64,000 nt of DNA, from positions 1 to 64,000 of the forward strand of contig NIVC01000596.1 of assembly GCA_002269645.1 (NCBI GenBank), given 5' to 3'. Within the stretch, counting starts at the first letter, position 1, and each line of letters starts with the position of its first letter. The stretch is from Macrostomum lignano (lineage: Eukaryota). Below are positions 49,804 to 64,000 of this stretch, one piece after another. The notes beneath the pieces were generated by a model. It was not told the origin of the DNA. It did no database searches and worked only from the letters and a program-made list of their open reading frames with translations. Made by a program: the position numbers and the translations under genes.

Positions 49804-50589
49804 CACTTTTGTACATTAAGTGCATTAAATTTAAGCGACACTGCACAGACAAACTACTGAAAACAGAGTAGACGCTCTGCTTTTAACAAAAAATTAATTG
49901 AAAGTGACATCCTAGTTATTTTTGTATTGCCACTAATGTTTGCTACTGTTAAGTCCGTCCTTTTAGTACCGAATAATCGACAAGCTTGTGTATCGACCAA
50001 GTTATGTCAAACAATATTTTTGTGTGCCAAGAATGTGTAACCACTGTGGACTTACTTGCATCAGTTTCATAATGATTGTTACTGTTACTAAAGTTACACA
50101 TTAATACAGATAGGTACACAAATATATTTAATTTGTTTGCCACTGTTAACTTTGCCTTTGAAGAATCTATAATTATTTTTCTAAATTCAATTACGTTTGA
50201 TTTTATTATTGCTTAATAAGTTCTTACAGCTGACCTGCTTCATTCTCTGACAGTGGACCAAAAGTGGGCATAAAAATTGTTTGGTTACTACTGTCAATAG
50301 TTAATCAACGAATCACGTATTTTTTAAATTTCATTCGATATCAATTGTTTGTGTTTTATCTGTGTTAAAATTTATTACACAATAATGGGAAGTTCATTCA
50401 TTCTTGAATCACACAATCGGTTCTTGTGTGTACGCCTATGTTTAAACTATAAATACATTCGGAATTCTATATCTTGATGTTTAATCAAAGTCTTGGTTGC
50501 TTGTATTCACTATTAAGATTTTAATTCTATATAGTTGATTTAGAATTCTTTTATTTCTCTGTATGGAATTCTGCTTGTATGGAAATATT

Positions 50590-51660
50590 GCTATGATTGA
50601 CTGTTGCTATGATCGTGACTGTATGACCAATATTGTTGCTATGATCCTGACTGTATGACCATTCTTGTTGCTATGATCGTGACTGTATGACCATTCTTGT
50701 TGCTATGATCGTGACTGTATGACTGTTATTTTTGCTATAATCGTGACTGTATGACCATTTTTGTTGCTTTGATCGTGACTGTATGACTGTTATTTTTGCT
50801 ATAATCGTGACTGTATGACCATTTTTGTTGCTATGATCGTGACTGTATGACCATTCTTGTTGCTATGATCGTGACTGTATGACTGTTATTTTTGCTATAA
50901 TCGTGACTGTATGACCAATATTGTTGCTATGATCGTGACTGTATGACCATTCTTGTTGCTATGATCGTGACTGTATGACTGTTATTTTTGCTATAATCGT
51001 GACTGTATGACCATTTTTGTTGCTATGATCGTGACTGTATGACCAATATTGTTGCTATGATCGTGACTGTATGACCATTATTGTTGCTATGATCGTGACT
51101 GTATGACTGTTATTTTTGCTATAATCGTGACTGTATGACCATTTTTGTTGCTTTGATCGTGACTGTATGACTGTTATTTTTGCTATAATCGTGACTGTAT
51201 GACCATTTTTGTTGCTATGATCGTGACTGTATGACCAATATTGTTGCTATGATCGTGACTGTATGACCATTATTGTTGCTATGATCGTGACTGTATGACT
51301 GTTATTTTTGCTATAATCGTGACTGTATGACCATTTTTGTTGCTTTGATCGTGACTGTATGACCAATATTGTTGCTATGATCGTGACTGTATGACCATTA
51401 TTGTTGCTATGATCGTGACTGTATGACTGTTATTTTTGCTATAATCGTGACTGTATGACCATTTTTGTTGCTATGATCGTGACTGTATGACCAATATTGT
51501 TGCTATGATCGTGACTGTATGACCATTATTGTTGCTATGATCGTGACTGTATGACTGTTATTTTTGCTATAATCGTGACTGTATGACCATTTTTGTTGCT
51601 TTGATCGTGTCTGTATGACCATTTTTGTTGCTTTGATCGTGACTGTATGACCGTTGTTGT
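50590..51660. repeat. 32-33-bp minisatellite
   Basis: (GCTATGATCGTGACTGTATGACCATTCTTGTT)n with a patterned alternation of variants. Confidence 0.95.
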
Positions 51661-52097
51661 TGTTACGACCGTGTGTTCGAAATCACGTAGGCAAATTATT
51701 ATAATAAATATTATTCGACACTAATCCAGTTAGTGTTCGCATTTCACAGAAAATTTATATTTAATTACGTTACATCTTTCTCTATGATCGGCTCAAACTA
51801 TAATTACATTAACAACAGAATCTAAAACGCTTAAATAAGAAATCAATGGGATTTTAAATAACACAGCTTTCATATTGTAGTAAAAGGAGACAAAAAATTA
51901 TATATATACATTTTTCTTAATTCGAATGCACAACAGATTTTGGAAATTCGAAAACCGACGGCACAGCCATCTAAGAATAAGCAATTCTTTTTATGCGCAG
52001 TTGGTAGAAATAAACCACATTAACAAAAAAGAAAATTTAGGGCTTGATTAAGTTCGTCTTTTAAACTATATTAATTTACGAATGTACGAGCGTAGGT

Positions 52098-55000
52098 TCA
52101 GCCGTAGGGAGCGTGATTCAATGATTCCAGGTACAGTTTCTCTTCCTCGAGGTCGTCCCATTGCTGAAAATGAATTAATCAATGCATATGAAATATTTAT
52201 TCCTATTTGTGACTTATTGATCCACCAATCCATGACTAATGACCCCACAAATCCATGACTAATGACCCTACCAATCCATGACTAATGACCCCACCAATCC
52301 ATGACTAATGACCCTACCAATCCATGACTAATGACCCCACCAATCCATGACTAATGACCCCACCAATCCATGACTAATGACCTCACCAATCCATGACTAA
52401 TGACCCTACCAATCCATGACTAATGACCCTACCAATCCATGACTAATGACCCTATCAATTCATGACTAATGACCCTATCAATTCATGACTAATGACCCTA
52501 CCAATCCATGACTAATGACCCCACCAATCCATGACTAATGACCCCACCAATCCATGACTAATGACCCCACCAATCCATGACTAATGACCCCACCAATCCA
52601 TGACTAATGACCCTACCAATCCATGACTAATGACCCTATCAATTCATGACTAATGACCCTATCAATTCATGACTAATGACCCCACCAATCCATGACTAAT
52701 GACCCTACCAATCCATGACTAATGACCCCACCAATCCATGACTAATGACCCCACCAATCCATGACTAATGACCCTACCAATCCATGACTAATGACCCTAT
52801 CAATTCATGACTAATGACCCCACCAATCCATGACTAATGACCCTATCAATCCATGACTAATGACCCTACCAATCCATGACTAATGACCCTACCAATCCAT
52901 GACTAATGACCCTACCAATTCATGACTAATGACCCTACCAATCCATGACTAATGACCCCACCAATTCATGACTAATGACCCCACCAATTCATGACTAATG
53001 ACCCCACCAATTCATGACTAATGACCCCACCACTCCATAGCCAATGACCCCACAAATCCATGAATAATGACCTACAAATCTATGACTAATGACACCACCA
53101 ATCCATGACAAATGGCTGACAGTACTCATCAATGACCCCAGCAACTCACGCGGCTCCTTGAGAACGCGGAATCAACGGAGCCGGCCAGCCGCAGCGCGGA
53201 GCCGAAGCCGCCGTTCATCGAGTCCCTGACAGGCGCTCGGCAGCTGGCGCACAGCAGGCCGCCGGCCCGTTTGTCCAGACTCGCCCGCTCCTCGGCTAGC
53301 TGAATGAGCGCCTGCGACACGTCGCGCTCCTTGGCGCGCAGCTCGGCCAGCCGAGACTGCATGCCGTCCGCCCGCTTGGCCTGCTCCGCCTGCTCCACTG
53401 CGGCAGCCTCCAGGCGCGCCTGCTGCTCACGTTGCGCCTTCTCGCGCCGGGAAACAATCTGGAGCAAATTTATATAATGTACTTTTATTATCCAAGTGGT
53501 CCCCTTCACAAGCTACAGCTTCACAAGCTACAGACTTCACAAGCTACAGACTTCACAAGCTACAGACTTCACAAGCTACCGACTTCACAAGCTACAGACT
53601 TCACAAGCTACAGACTTCACAAGCTACAGACTTCACAAGCTACAGACTTCACAAGCCACAAACTTCACAAGCTACAGACTTCACAAGCTACAGACTTCAC
53701 AAGCTACAGACTTCACAAGCCACAAACTTCACAAGCTACAGACTTCACAAGCTACAGACTTCACAAGCTACAGACTTCACAAGCTACAGACTTCACAAGC
53801 TACAGACTTCACAAGCCACAGACTTCACAAGCTACAGGCTTCACAAACTACAGACTTCACAAGCTACAGACTTCACAAGCTACAGACTTCACAAGCTACA
53901 GACTTCACAAGCTACAGACTTCACAAGCTACAGACTTCACAAGCTACAGACTTCACAAGCTACAGACTTCACAAGCTACAGACTTCACAAGCTACAGACT
54001 TCACAAGCTACAGACTTCACAAGCTACAGACTTCACAAGCTACAGACTTCACAAGCTACAGACTTCACAAGCTACAGACTTCACAAGCTTCACATCTCGA
54101 AAACAAATTAAAACGCTTGTAAGGTCACTATTTCTCTAGCTTAATATTTCGAGCTTGCGAAGCGTCCTCCCACTAAAGGTACACTCTGTACTTTCAAGTG
54201 TAACAAAATAGCTCACCTCCAACCGCTCTTCAAGGGATCGTTGACCGTCTTTAAGCTTTTCTTCTCTGAGCTTCAACTCCTCTGCCAGGGTCTCCAGCTC
54301 TGTTCTGCAAGGAATGTACATGTATCTGTACAATGCCTTTTGTTTCATTGCTCCACTGGAACCATTGATACTATCCTACGAGCTAGCACTTATAATAAAA
54401 AGTACATGTGTTATGTTTAGCGCGATTAATGCCCATAAACCCATACCTAATGAATCCAGTAATCCAATACCCAATGAAACCAGTGACCCGATACCCAATG
54501 AATCCGGTAATCCAATACCCAATGAAACCAGTGACCCGATACCCAATGAATCCGGTAATCCAATACCCAATGAAACCAGTGACCCGATACCCAATGAACT
54601 AGTGACCCAATACCCAATGAACCCAGTGGCTCGATATCAATGAACCCAGTAACCCAATACCAAATGAACCCAGTGACCCAAAACCCAATGAACCCAGTAA
54701 CCCAATACCAAATGAACCCAGTGACCCAAAACCCAATGAACCCAGTAACCCAATACCAAATGAACCCAGTGACCCAAAACCCACTGAACCCTGTAGGGCT
54801 GTAGCCCAATACCTAATGAACCCAGTGACCCAATACCCAGTGAACCCAGTGACCCAATACCTAATGAATCCGGCAACTAATGAACCCAGTAACCTGAGAA
54901 CCCGGCAACCAATGAACCCGTGACCTGAGAACCCGGCAACCAATGAACCCGTGACCTGACAACCCGGCCACCGGGTCCCACCCTCAGATGCCGCTCACTT

Positions 55001-58000
55001 CTGCCGGAGCACATCGCCGCGGCTGTGCCGCAGCCGGACTTCCAGCTGCTGCAGCCGGGTCCGCTCCTCGGCCAAAGCCAGCCGCTCCGCCTCGCTGTCC
55101 GCCTGCCTGGCGCCTTCGCCCAGCTTCAGGGCGCGCAGCTCGGAACGCTCGGCTGCCAGAGTCCTGCGCTCCTCCATCAGCTGGGTGGCCAGGTCGCTCA
55201 GCCAGCGCTCGGACCTGGCCGACTCGTCCACGCGGCCTGCGGGGTTCGTCCAGGTATTGATACGAGTATATTGCCCCAGGTACTGATATATAGGGTATTG
55301 ATCTGTTGGGTATTGATCTATTGGATACTGATCTATTGGGTATTGATCTATTGGGTATTGATCTATTGGATACTGATTTATTGGGTATTGATCTATTGGA
55401 TACTGATCTATTGGGTATTGATCTATTGGATACTGGTCTATTGGGTATTGATCTATTGCCCCAGGTTTTGAGCTATTAAGTATTGATCTATTGGGTACTG
55501 ATCTATTGGGTATTGATCTATTGGGTATTGATCTATTGGGGTATTGATCGATTGGATACTGATCTATTGGGTATTGATCTATTGGATACTGATCTATTGG
55601 GTATTGATCTATTGGATACTGGTCTATTGGGTATTGATCTATTGCCCCAGGTTTTGAGCTATTAAGTATTGACCTATTGGGTACTGATCTATTGGGTATT
55701 GATCTATTGGGTATTGATCTATTGGGTATTGATCTATTGGGTATTGATCTATTGGGTATTGATCTATTGGGTATTGATCTATTGGGTATTGATCTATTGG
55801 GTATTGATCTATTGGGGTATTGATCTATTTGCTTTGGTTTATTGGGTATTGATCGATTGGGAATCGATCTTTTGGTTATTGATCTATTGGGTATTGATCT
55901 ACTGGGGTATTGATCTATTGGTGTACTGATCTATTGGGTATTGATCTATTGGGTATTGATCTATTGGGTATTGATCTATTGGGTATTGATTTATTAGGAC
56001 GTATTGATCTATTTGGTATTGATCTATTTGGTATTGATCCATTGGTATTGATCTATTGGGTATTGATCTATTGGGTATTGATCTATTGGGTATTGATCTA
56101 TTGGGTATTGATCTATTAGGAAGTATTGATCTATTTGGTATTGATCTATTTGGTATTGATCCATTGGTATTGATCTATTGGGTATTGATCTATTGGATAC
56201 TGATTTATTGGGTATTGATCTATTGGATACTGATCTATTGGGTATTGATCTATTGGATACTGGTCTATTGGGTATTGATCTATTGCCCCAGGTTTTGAGC
56301 TATTAAGTATTGATCTATTGGGTACTGATCTATTGGGTATTGATGTATTGGGTATTGATCTATTGGGGTATTGATCGATTGGATACTGATCTATTGGGTA
56401 TTGATCTATTGGATACTGATCTATTGGGTATTGATCTATTGGATACTGGTCTATTGGGTATTGATCTATTGCCCCAGGTTTTGAGCTATTAAGTATTGAT
56501 ATATTGGGTACTGATCTATTGGGTATTGATCTATTGGGTATTGATCTATTGGGTATTGATCTATTGGGTATTGATCTATTGGGTATTGATCTATTGGGGT
56601 ATTGATCTATTTGCTTTGGTTTATTGGGTATTGATCGATTGGGAATCGATCTTTTGGTTATTGATCTATTGGGTATTGATCTACTGGGGTATTGATCTAT
56701 TGGTGTACTGATCTATTGGGTATTGATCTATTAGGGTAATGATCTATTGTGTATTCATAAATTAGGTTATTGATCTATTGGGTATTGATCTATTGGTGTA
56801 CTGATCTATTGGGTATTGATCAATTGGGTATTGATCTATTGGGTATTGATCTATTTGCTTTGATTTATTAAGCTTTGATCTTTTAGGACAATATCTTGGG
56901 CATACTCAACTCACTCAAACTGCTCACCTTTCAGCGACTGCAGAATCTCGCGCATCGCCTGCCTGTCGGTCTGTTCCGCTTGTCGCTGAACCTCATCCTT
57001 GAGCCTGTGTGTGCTCTCCCGATCGCTGAGCGAGCTCAACTTCTCGGACAAGTGTCCGAGCCTGTCCACCAGGTTGCTGATGGCGCCGGCGTGCGGAGCG
57101 GCCGAGCGCAGCGCCTCGACATCGTTGCGATGCTGTTCGCGCAGCAGCTCGAGCTCGCGCCGTTTTTCCTGCGCGAACTCGTCGATCTGCCTGTTGAAGT
57201 CCGACCGCATGCTGGCCCGGTCCTGGTCCGCCTGCCGCTGGGTGTCCAGGTATTTCTGCTTCAGCTGGTCGTTTTCTTTTAGCAGCCTGCGGCAGATGGG
57301 ACCGTTAGATTATTATATAATAGTGCATTCGATAGACAGATGTGGCAGCACCCAATACATGCAGATCAATACCCAATAGATCAATACCAATGGATCAATA
57401 CCAAATAGATCAATACCAAATAGATCAATACCCAATAGATCAGTACCCAATAGATCAATACTTAATAGATCAATACCAAATAGATCAATACCAAATAGAT
57501 CAATGCGTCCTAATAGATCAATACCCCAATAGATCAATACCCAATAGATCAATACCCAATAGATCAATACCCAATAGATCAATACCCAATAGATCAATAC
57601 CCAATAGATCAATACCAATGGATCAATACCAAATAGATCAATACCAAATAGATCAATACGTCCTAATAAATCAATACCCAATAGATCAATACCCAATAGA
57701 TCAATACCCAATAGATCAATACCTAATAAATCAATACCCAATAGATCAATACCCAATAGATCAATACCAAATAGATCAATACGTCCTAATAAATCAATAC
57801 CCAATAGATCAATACCCAATAGATCAATACCCAATAGATCAATACCCAATAGATCAATACCCAATAGATCAATACCCAATAGATCAATACCAATGGATCA
57901 ATACCAAATAGATCAATACCAAATACGAGATCAATAGATCAATAGATCAATTGACGTAGATCAATACGTCCTAATAAATCAATACCCAATAGATCAATAC

Positions 58001-61000
58001 CCAATAGATCAATACCCAATAGATCAATACCCAATAGATCAATACCTAATAAATCAATACCCAATAGATCAATACCAATGGATCAATACCAAATAGATCA
58101 ATACCAAATAGATCAATACGTCCTAATAAATCAATACCCAATAGATCAATACCCAATAGATCAATACCCAATAGATCAATACCTAATAAATCAATACCCA
58201 ATAGATCAATACCCAATAGATCAATACCAAATAGATCAATACGTCCTAATAAATCAATACCCAATAGATCAATACCCAATAGATCAATACCCAATAGATC
58301 AATACCCAATAGATCAATACCCAATAGATCAATACCCAATAGATCAATACCCAATAGATCAATACCTAATAAATCAATACCCAATAGATCAATACCCAAT
58401 AGATCGATACCCCAATACCAAATAGATCAGTAACCCAGTATATCAATACTCAGTAGATTACAATAAGCAGATTTCATTTATACACGTCTGAACTTCGTTA
58501 AACAATTTAGTAAAATTGCTCACATTTCCTCTCTTCTCTTAAACAGCTCCTCCATGTCCGTTAACTTTTTCCGCTGCGCAGCCTCCAAATTTTCAGTTTC
58601 ATCTTTCAGCTTCTGCTGCAGCTGTTCGTTGTGCTGTCGCAGGTCGTCTCGCTCCCGGCGCAGCTTCTTGATCTCGCTTTCGAATTCGATTTTCATCTCG
58701 CTGCTCAGCGGAATGCTGGGAAACTGGTGGCGTGAGTTTGGGGGGGGGGGGTACAGGGTTCGGGATTTGAGCAGTCCGCGAATATGCTCAGAATGTAGGG
58801 CAGAGCTGGAGTAAGAACTAGTAAAACAAATTTTATTGATGTAGAGATGAAGATACGAGTATTTGGTTTTATTATTTTTGTTCCCTAAATACCTTACTGA
58901 AAACTAAACTACATCTTTTAATAATTGTATTATTGGTACCTTAATTTAAAATACCTGTTTTCACTTTTTTAATAGCGCAAGCTCTTCTCTGGAAAGAAAT
59001 CTAATTTTGTTAACATATATAAATTATACGAGTATAACATCAAATATAAATTTCTTTATACATCAATTTACTAAAAGTTTCAAATTAAATTATTTATTAT
59101 TAATAATTATCCATTTCTAAACTTTTTAATATTATTTATTGTTATGAAGGATTATTTAAAAATTTTGTTATTAATTTAGTTATTAATTAATTTAGCTTTC
59201 TAGTTATTAATTTTTTTGGGATTTGCCTTAAATGATTCATTTATTTTATTACATAACAAAATAACATATTTAATGAACGAAAGACGAAAAACGATAAGCC
59301 TGACCAGGAATCAAATTCATTAAAGACAGGCTAAACTACAGAAGGTTAATTTGTGATAGCTCAATTATTTGCAGAAAAAGTTGTGCAGCAACGATTCTAA
59401 CAATCACAATTAAGGAAAAATAGGTTTTTCTCTACGAATTCAAAAACACCGCTAAATATTTGTTTCTTAGAAACTGATACTAGAGGGTTTTTTCGAGGAT
59501 AAGCTTTAGAATCGGAGGGAGTTTTCGGAAAATAACCAACTGGAGTTTTCGGAAATTACCAATTGGAGTTTTTGAAAATAACCAATTGGAGTTTTTGGAA
59601 ATAACCAACTGGAGTTTTAGGAAAAACCAATTGAAGTTTTCGGAAATAACCAATTGAAGTTTTCGGAAATACCCAATTGGAGTTTTCGGAAATAACCAAT
59701 TGAAATTTTCGGAAATAACCAATTGGAGTTTTTGGAAATAACCAACTGGAGTTTTCGGAAATTACCAATTGGAGTTTTTGGAAATAACCAACTGGAGCTT
59801 TTGGAAATAACCAATTGGAGCTTTCGGAAATAACCAATTGGAGTTTTCGGAAATTACCAATTAGAGCTTTCGGAAATAACCAATTGGAGTTTTCGGAAAT
59901 AACCAATTGGAGCTTTCGGAAATAACCAATTGGAGTTTTTGGAAATTACCAATTGGAGCTTTTGGAAATAACCAATTGGAGTTTTTGGAAATAACCAATT
60001 GGAGTTTTTGGAAATTACCAATTGGAGTTTTTGGAAATTACCAATTGGAGTTTTTGGAAATTACCAATTGGAGTTTTCGGAAATAACCAATTGGAGTTTT
60101 CGGAAATAACCAATTGGAGCTTTTGGAAATAACCAATTGGAGTTTTTGGAAATAACCAATTGGAGTTTTCGGAAATTACCAATTGGAGTTTTCGGAAATT
60201 ACCAATTGGAGTTTTTGGAAATTACCAATTGGAGTTTTTGGAAATTACCAATTGGAGTTTTCGGAAATAACCAATTGGAGTTTTTGGAAATAACCAATTG
60301 GAGCTTTTGGAAATAACCAATTGGAGTTTTTGGAAATAACCAATTGGAGTTTTCGGAAATAACCAATTGGAGTTTTCGGAAATTACCAATTGGAGTTTTC
60401 GGAAATTACCAATTGGAGTTTTTGGAAATAACCAATTGGAGTTTTCGGAAATAACCAATTGGAGTTTTCGGAAATTACCAATTGGAGTTTTCGGAAATTA
60501 CCAATTAGAGCTTTTGGAAATTACCAATTGGAGCTTTCGGAAATAACCAATTGGAGTTTTCGGAAATTACCAATTGGAGTTTTCGGAAATTACCAATTAG
60601 AGCTTTTGGAAATAACCAATTGGAGTTTTCGGAAATTACCAATTGGAGTTTTTGGAAATAACCAATTGGAGTTTTAGGAGATAACACCAACTGGAGTTTT
60701 CGGAAATAACCAATTGGAGTGTTCGGAAATTACCAATTGGTGTTTTCGGCAGCGATGTTTTCGAGGAGTTTTCAGAAACAAATAAGCAAAAGGTGCTCAA
60801 GTATACGAAAGGCACACAGAATCCATTGAAAATTTAGAAACTATTAACAGCATGTTTATTGCAATTTTTTCTCCTTGCAATTCTCCACTGCTGAGTCATA
60901 CCTGACCGCCGTCAGCGAGCTGCTGCCGCTGCTGCTGCTGCGGCAGTTTCTGCTGCACCTCCGAACTTGTTGTTGGCGCCGTGCCCGGGCGGACCCAGCG

Positions 61001-62942
61001 CCCGCGCGGCGGGGTGTCCAAAGAAAATGCCTTTCATGTTTTTTGTTCAGTTTATTTCATTCGTTTTGTTAATATTGTTGGAGTTTTCGGCGCTAATTTA
61101 AATGTTTTTTAGAGCTTTTATCTTTGATAAAATAGTGGTAGTGGTACATTTTTCTCTAACGTGCCTTTCAGGATTTTGTTAGTTTCTACAAATCGAGCCC
61201 TAACAATCTGATAAACATATATAATGTATAATATCAGTTTATACTAAATGTCTGATTTACTACTAATGTGTGCATTAATAACAATATCCGCAGGTGACAC
61301 AGGGTGAACAGCGGCCCTGACTTTCTAATCATAAGGCATGTACACTGTCACTTTGTGCCTTGGAAGTTGGCCCTCCTGGGCGTGAATTGAACGCCATTTT
61401 TGAGCACACAAGCCTCAAATGAATGGAATCCAACCAATCAGACGTCGTGGTGCCAGAGTCAGACGCGTTTATTGCTGAGCTGCTCTGCTCCCTAATGTGT
61501 ACATGTGCTCGAATAGACGCATAAATGACGAATAAAAGCTCACATCTTCAGCCGCGGAGCCGCCGCCGCTGCTGTCGAAAAGTCCGGCAAGATCGTCGCC
61601 GCCAGTTCGGCGAGCCCGACGCCCAGCTCCTGTCGGCGGTCTCTTCGCCAGCAGTGCGCTATCGTCATCGTCTAAACTGATCGCTGCTGATGGAGCGGCG
61701 GCGGAGGAGGCTGCGCCGGCCGTGTCGCCAGTCTGGACAATCGACGGAGCCAGAAGTTCGACGTCCGCCATCGCTGTAGGAGTCGGCGACAGCGGAGGCG
61801 ATGCCTTCTGGCGTCCTGCCATCAAGACGACAGCATCCACTGTTGCAGAGAGCTGCTGCTGCTGCTCTTTCGGCTGCTTCTGCTGTCGGGACGCGGTTCT
61901 CACCGGCGCTGTGGCGAACAGGTCGTCTTCGTCGTCAACTAGCAGGCGGCTCAGCGTCTTCTTCGCCGAACCCTCGCCGCCGCCTCTGCCTTCACCTGCT
62001 GCTGCCGCCGCGGCAGCCGCCACCGGAGCCGGCACCGGCGCCGTGCCCGGCCGCTTCTTCAAGGTGAGATCGACGCCTTGGAGCAGGGCATCGGTGCCGA
62101 GGGTCTCGCTGGTGGATGGTCGAGCGTTCGATTTCGCCCAGGGCTGATAGGCGCTGCCGCCGCTGCCGCTGGTGTTCAGGAGATCGTCTGCGAGTGCGAC
62201 AGACCATCTGGCTCTAAGGGAATGTCTTGCACTAGCAGCTTTCTGTTTGTCTGTCTGTCTGACTGTCTATCCGTCTGTCTGTCTGTTTTAGTGTCTGTCT
62301 TTCCTAGTGTCTGTCTTAGTGCCTGTCTGTCTGTCTAATTCTCGGATACCAATCTGACAAATGATCGATTGTGGCCAACCTTCATCTTTAGCGACGGTCC
62401 GGGAGTGCGCGCTGGCGCCCAGGTTGCCCAGGAAGCTGTCGAAGTCCGTCTTTTTAGCCTTGGGCGCCAGCTCCTCGCTCACCGTGCTGCTGGTCGTGAA
62501 CAGGCCGAAACCCATCTTAGGCGCTATCGCTGCGCCACCCGATGACGTTCCGGCCGCCGATTTCGGCGGTCTCTCATCCGGGAACGCCACTGAGCCGTCC
62601 TCGCTTCGCGGCGTGTCCAAGCCGCTCAGCGGCAAATCGGCCTCGTCGTCGTCAAAATCGTTGGATTCGCGGCGTCCGCCTTTGCCGGCGGCTGGCTCTG
62701 TGCGATGCTTTCCATCGTCTGAATCATCAGAGCCGTCTTTATCGTCAACAAAAGTTACTGACTTAGTTGACCTTCTTAGCTCCGATGAGCTGTCTAGAGA
62801 TTTCGATTCCCTGACCTCTTTGCGCTTCGTTGATGGCGAGTTTAAAATGTCGTCAATTTCGTCTGGAATTAGTCGGTTTTGGTCACCAAGCTGTCAATTA
62901 TGCTCTCAAATATTTTAAATGAGTGTTTAACTTACCATCCAT
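52098..62942 (-). CDS. FBF1: Fas-binding factor 1-like centriolar/ciliary transition-fibre coiled-coil protein, ~840 aa; exons 62942-62936, 62862-62380, 62187-61544, 61030-60902, 58723-58524, 57286-56928, 55236-54999, 54304-54217, 53458-53150, 52163-52098
   Basis: Ten exons join in frame with GT-AG junctions. Disordered acidic N-half, then coiled coil LEAAQRKKLTDMEELFKRREEMLLKENDQLKQKY...AQEKRRELELLREQ and C-terminal DDLEEEKLYLESL, which from memory resemble the FBF1 coiled coil and terminal motif. The acceptors of exons 3 and 4 are less certain; orthology needs a database search. Confidence 0.75.
52222..53110. repeat. 23-bp minisatellite in FBF1 intron 9
   Basis: (CCAATCCATGACTAATGACCCCA)n. 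Confidence 0.95.
53505..54090. repeat. 16-bp minisatellite in FBF1 intron 8
   Basis: (CACAAGCTACAGACTT)n. Confidence 0.95.
54435..54975. repeat. 20-21-bp minisatellite in FBF1 intron 7
   Basis: ACCCAATGAACCCAGTGACCC-type units with drifting variants. Confidence 0.9.
55255..56880. repeat. 15-bp minisatellite (GGTATTGATCTATTG)n in FBF1 intron 6
   Basis: Long array with an ~830-bp higher-order duplication. Confidence 0.95.
57345..58445. repeat. Same 15-bp minisatellite in opposite orientation (CAATAGATCAATACC)n in FBF1 intron 5
   Basis: Reverse complement of 55255-56880, including shared variant blocks. Confidence 0.95.
59520..60750. repeat. 23-bp minisatellite in FBF1 intron 4
   Basis: (CGGAAATAACCAATTGGAGTTTT)n. 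Confidence 0.95.
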
Positions 62943-64000
62943 TTTTGTACTGCAGTTTCTTCATCTAAAATGAGAGAACGGACATTCAGTTGTTTATCAA
63001 ACATTGAATACTCGTATCTGGGCTGGGAGAATGGGGAATGTGCGCTAGGTTTAGGCTGGGGCATAATTTATGAATTTTAATGATTTATTTATTTAAATGA
63101 AATCAGTATATATGGCATAATGGTCTCTACGAAAAAACCCAGTTGAAAATCTTAATTTGAAAGACAATTTTCCTTTAAATGCAGCATTATGCTACTTAAA
63201 AATGCTTGATTTTTCGATACTACTGTACTTTATAATTCATATACTTTTCTTTCGCTGTGATCGTTTTATATTTTCTAAAACTTTTATTGTTTAATATGTT
63301 AGTAATATGTTACATTTTTGTAATAAGTTACGACGTACAGACGATTGTTTGAATGTCTTTCTGAATATCTGCTCGTATACCTGCTTTCAACAAGCATGTT
63401 CAACAAGCAATTAAACAAGCATTCTTAAAGGTACGCTGCAATATGAAATGGCGCACTTACTTAAGTATAAAAAATTTAATTTAAAAACTCCTGGCGATGA
63501 ATAGCTTGGTCAAATACATTTGTACGATCGTTGAAATGCGCTGCAGTATCTTTTGCAGACTCCTGACTACAAGAAAAAGTTTGGTATCTTTAAAGTTAAA
63601 TATGCGGTTAAAATCAAGGAAGCTTATATGTCAACCGTAAATGATATTTATCTATTAAATTGTGTTTAAAACTAATTCACAATTCAGGACAAAAAATTAT
63701 GCAATATTTTTTGGCTTTTTTGAAGCAAGCGTTAGAATTTTGTTAAACTTTTTTAGCTTCTAATATTAGTAATTTAAATTAATTATAAAGAATCTATATG
63801 TTCGCTATATAGCTTTTGCAATTTGCAATTGAATAAAATACATAAAATACATAAATAACCCAAAATATTCGAAAAAAACCGTAAAAAATTCTAGACGATC
63901 TTTCAAATACCTTACTTATACAAATATCGTAACGTATTCATTGTTCATGTAAAAATAATCAACCTTTTGAGAAAATATTAAATACATCGAATTATAGGCC

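Overview
Eukaryotic (metazoan) genomic DNA, very rich in tandem repeats. No prokaryotic features and no CRISPR. The style (GC-rich exons, introns filled with minisatellites) resembles repeat-rich flatworm genomes such as Macrostomum, but that is an unverified inference. Positions 1-20.9 kb hold a cluster of tRNA-Arg(ACG) genes (6 complete, 1 cut by the window edge). They form a duplicated three-gene cassette whose spacers carry related minisatellites of very different copy number. A ~9-kb unclassified segment separates the two cassettes. It contains a dense bZIP/CCAAT/TATA promoter-like module and a 4.9-kb 39-bp array. Four spliced protein-coding genes were reconstructed by hand with consistent GT-AG phases: a PP2C phosphatase (- strand, 3 exons), a membrane-bound furin/PCSK-type convertase (+, 6 exons), an MFSD4-like transporter with a ~430-aa mucin-like insert (+, 3 exons) and an FBF1-like ciliary coiled-coil protein (-, 10 exons). 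Several MITE/Tc1-type elements lie at 28-33 kb. The most notable structures are the tRNA-plus-minisatellite array, inverted copies of one minisatellite flanking FBF1 exon 6, and the near one-minisatellite-per-intron pattern. Most ORFs in the supplied track are translations of non-coding repeats.
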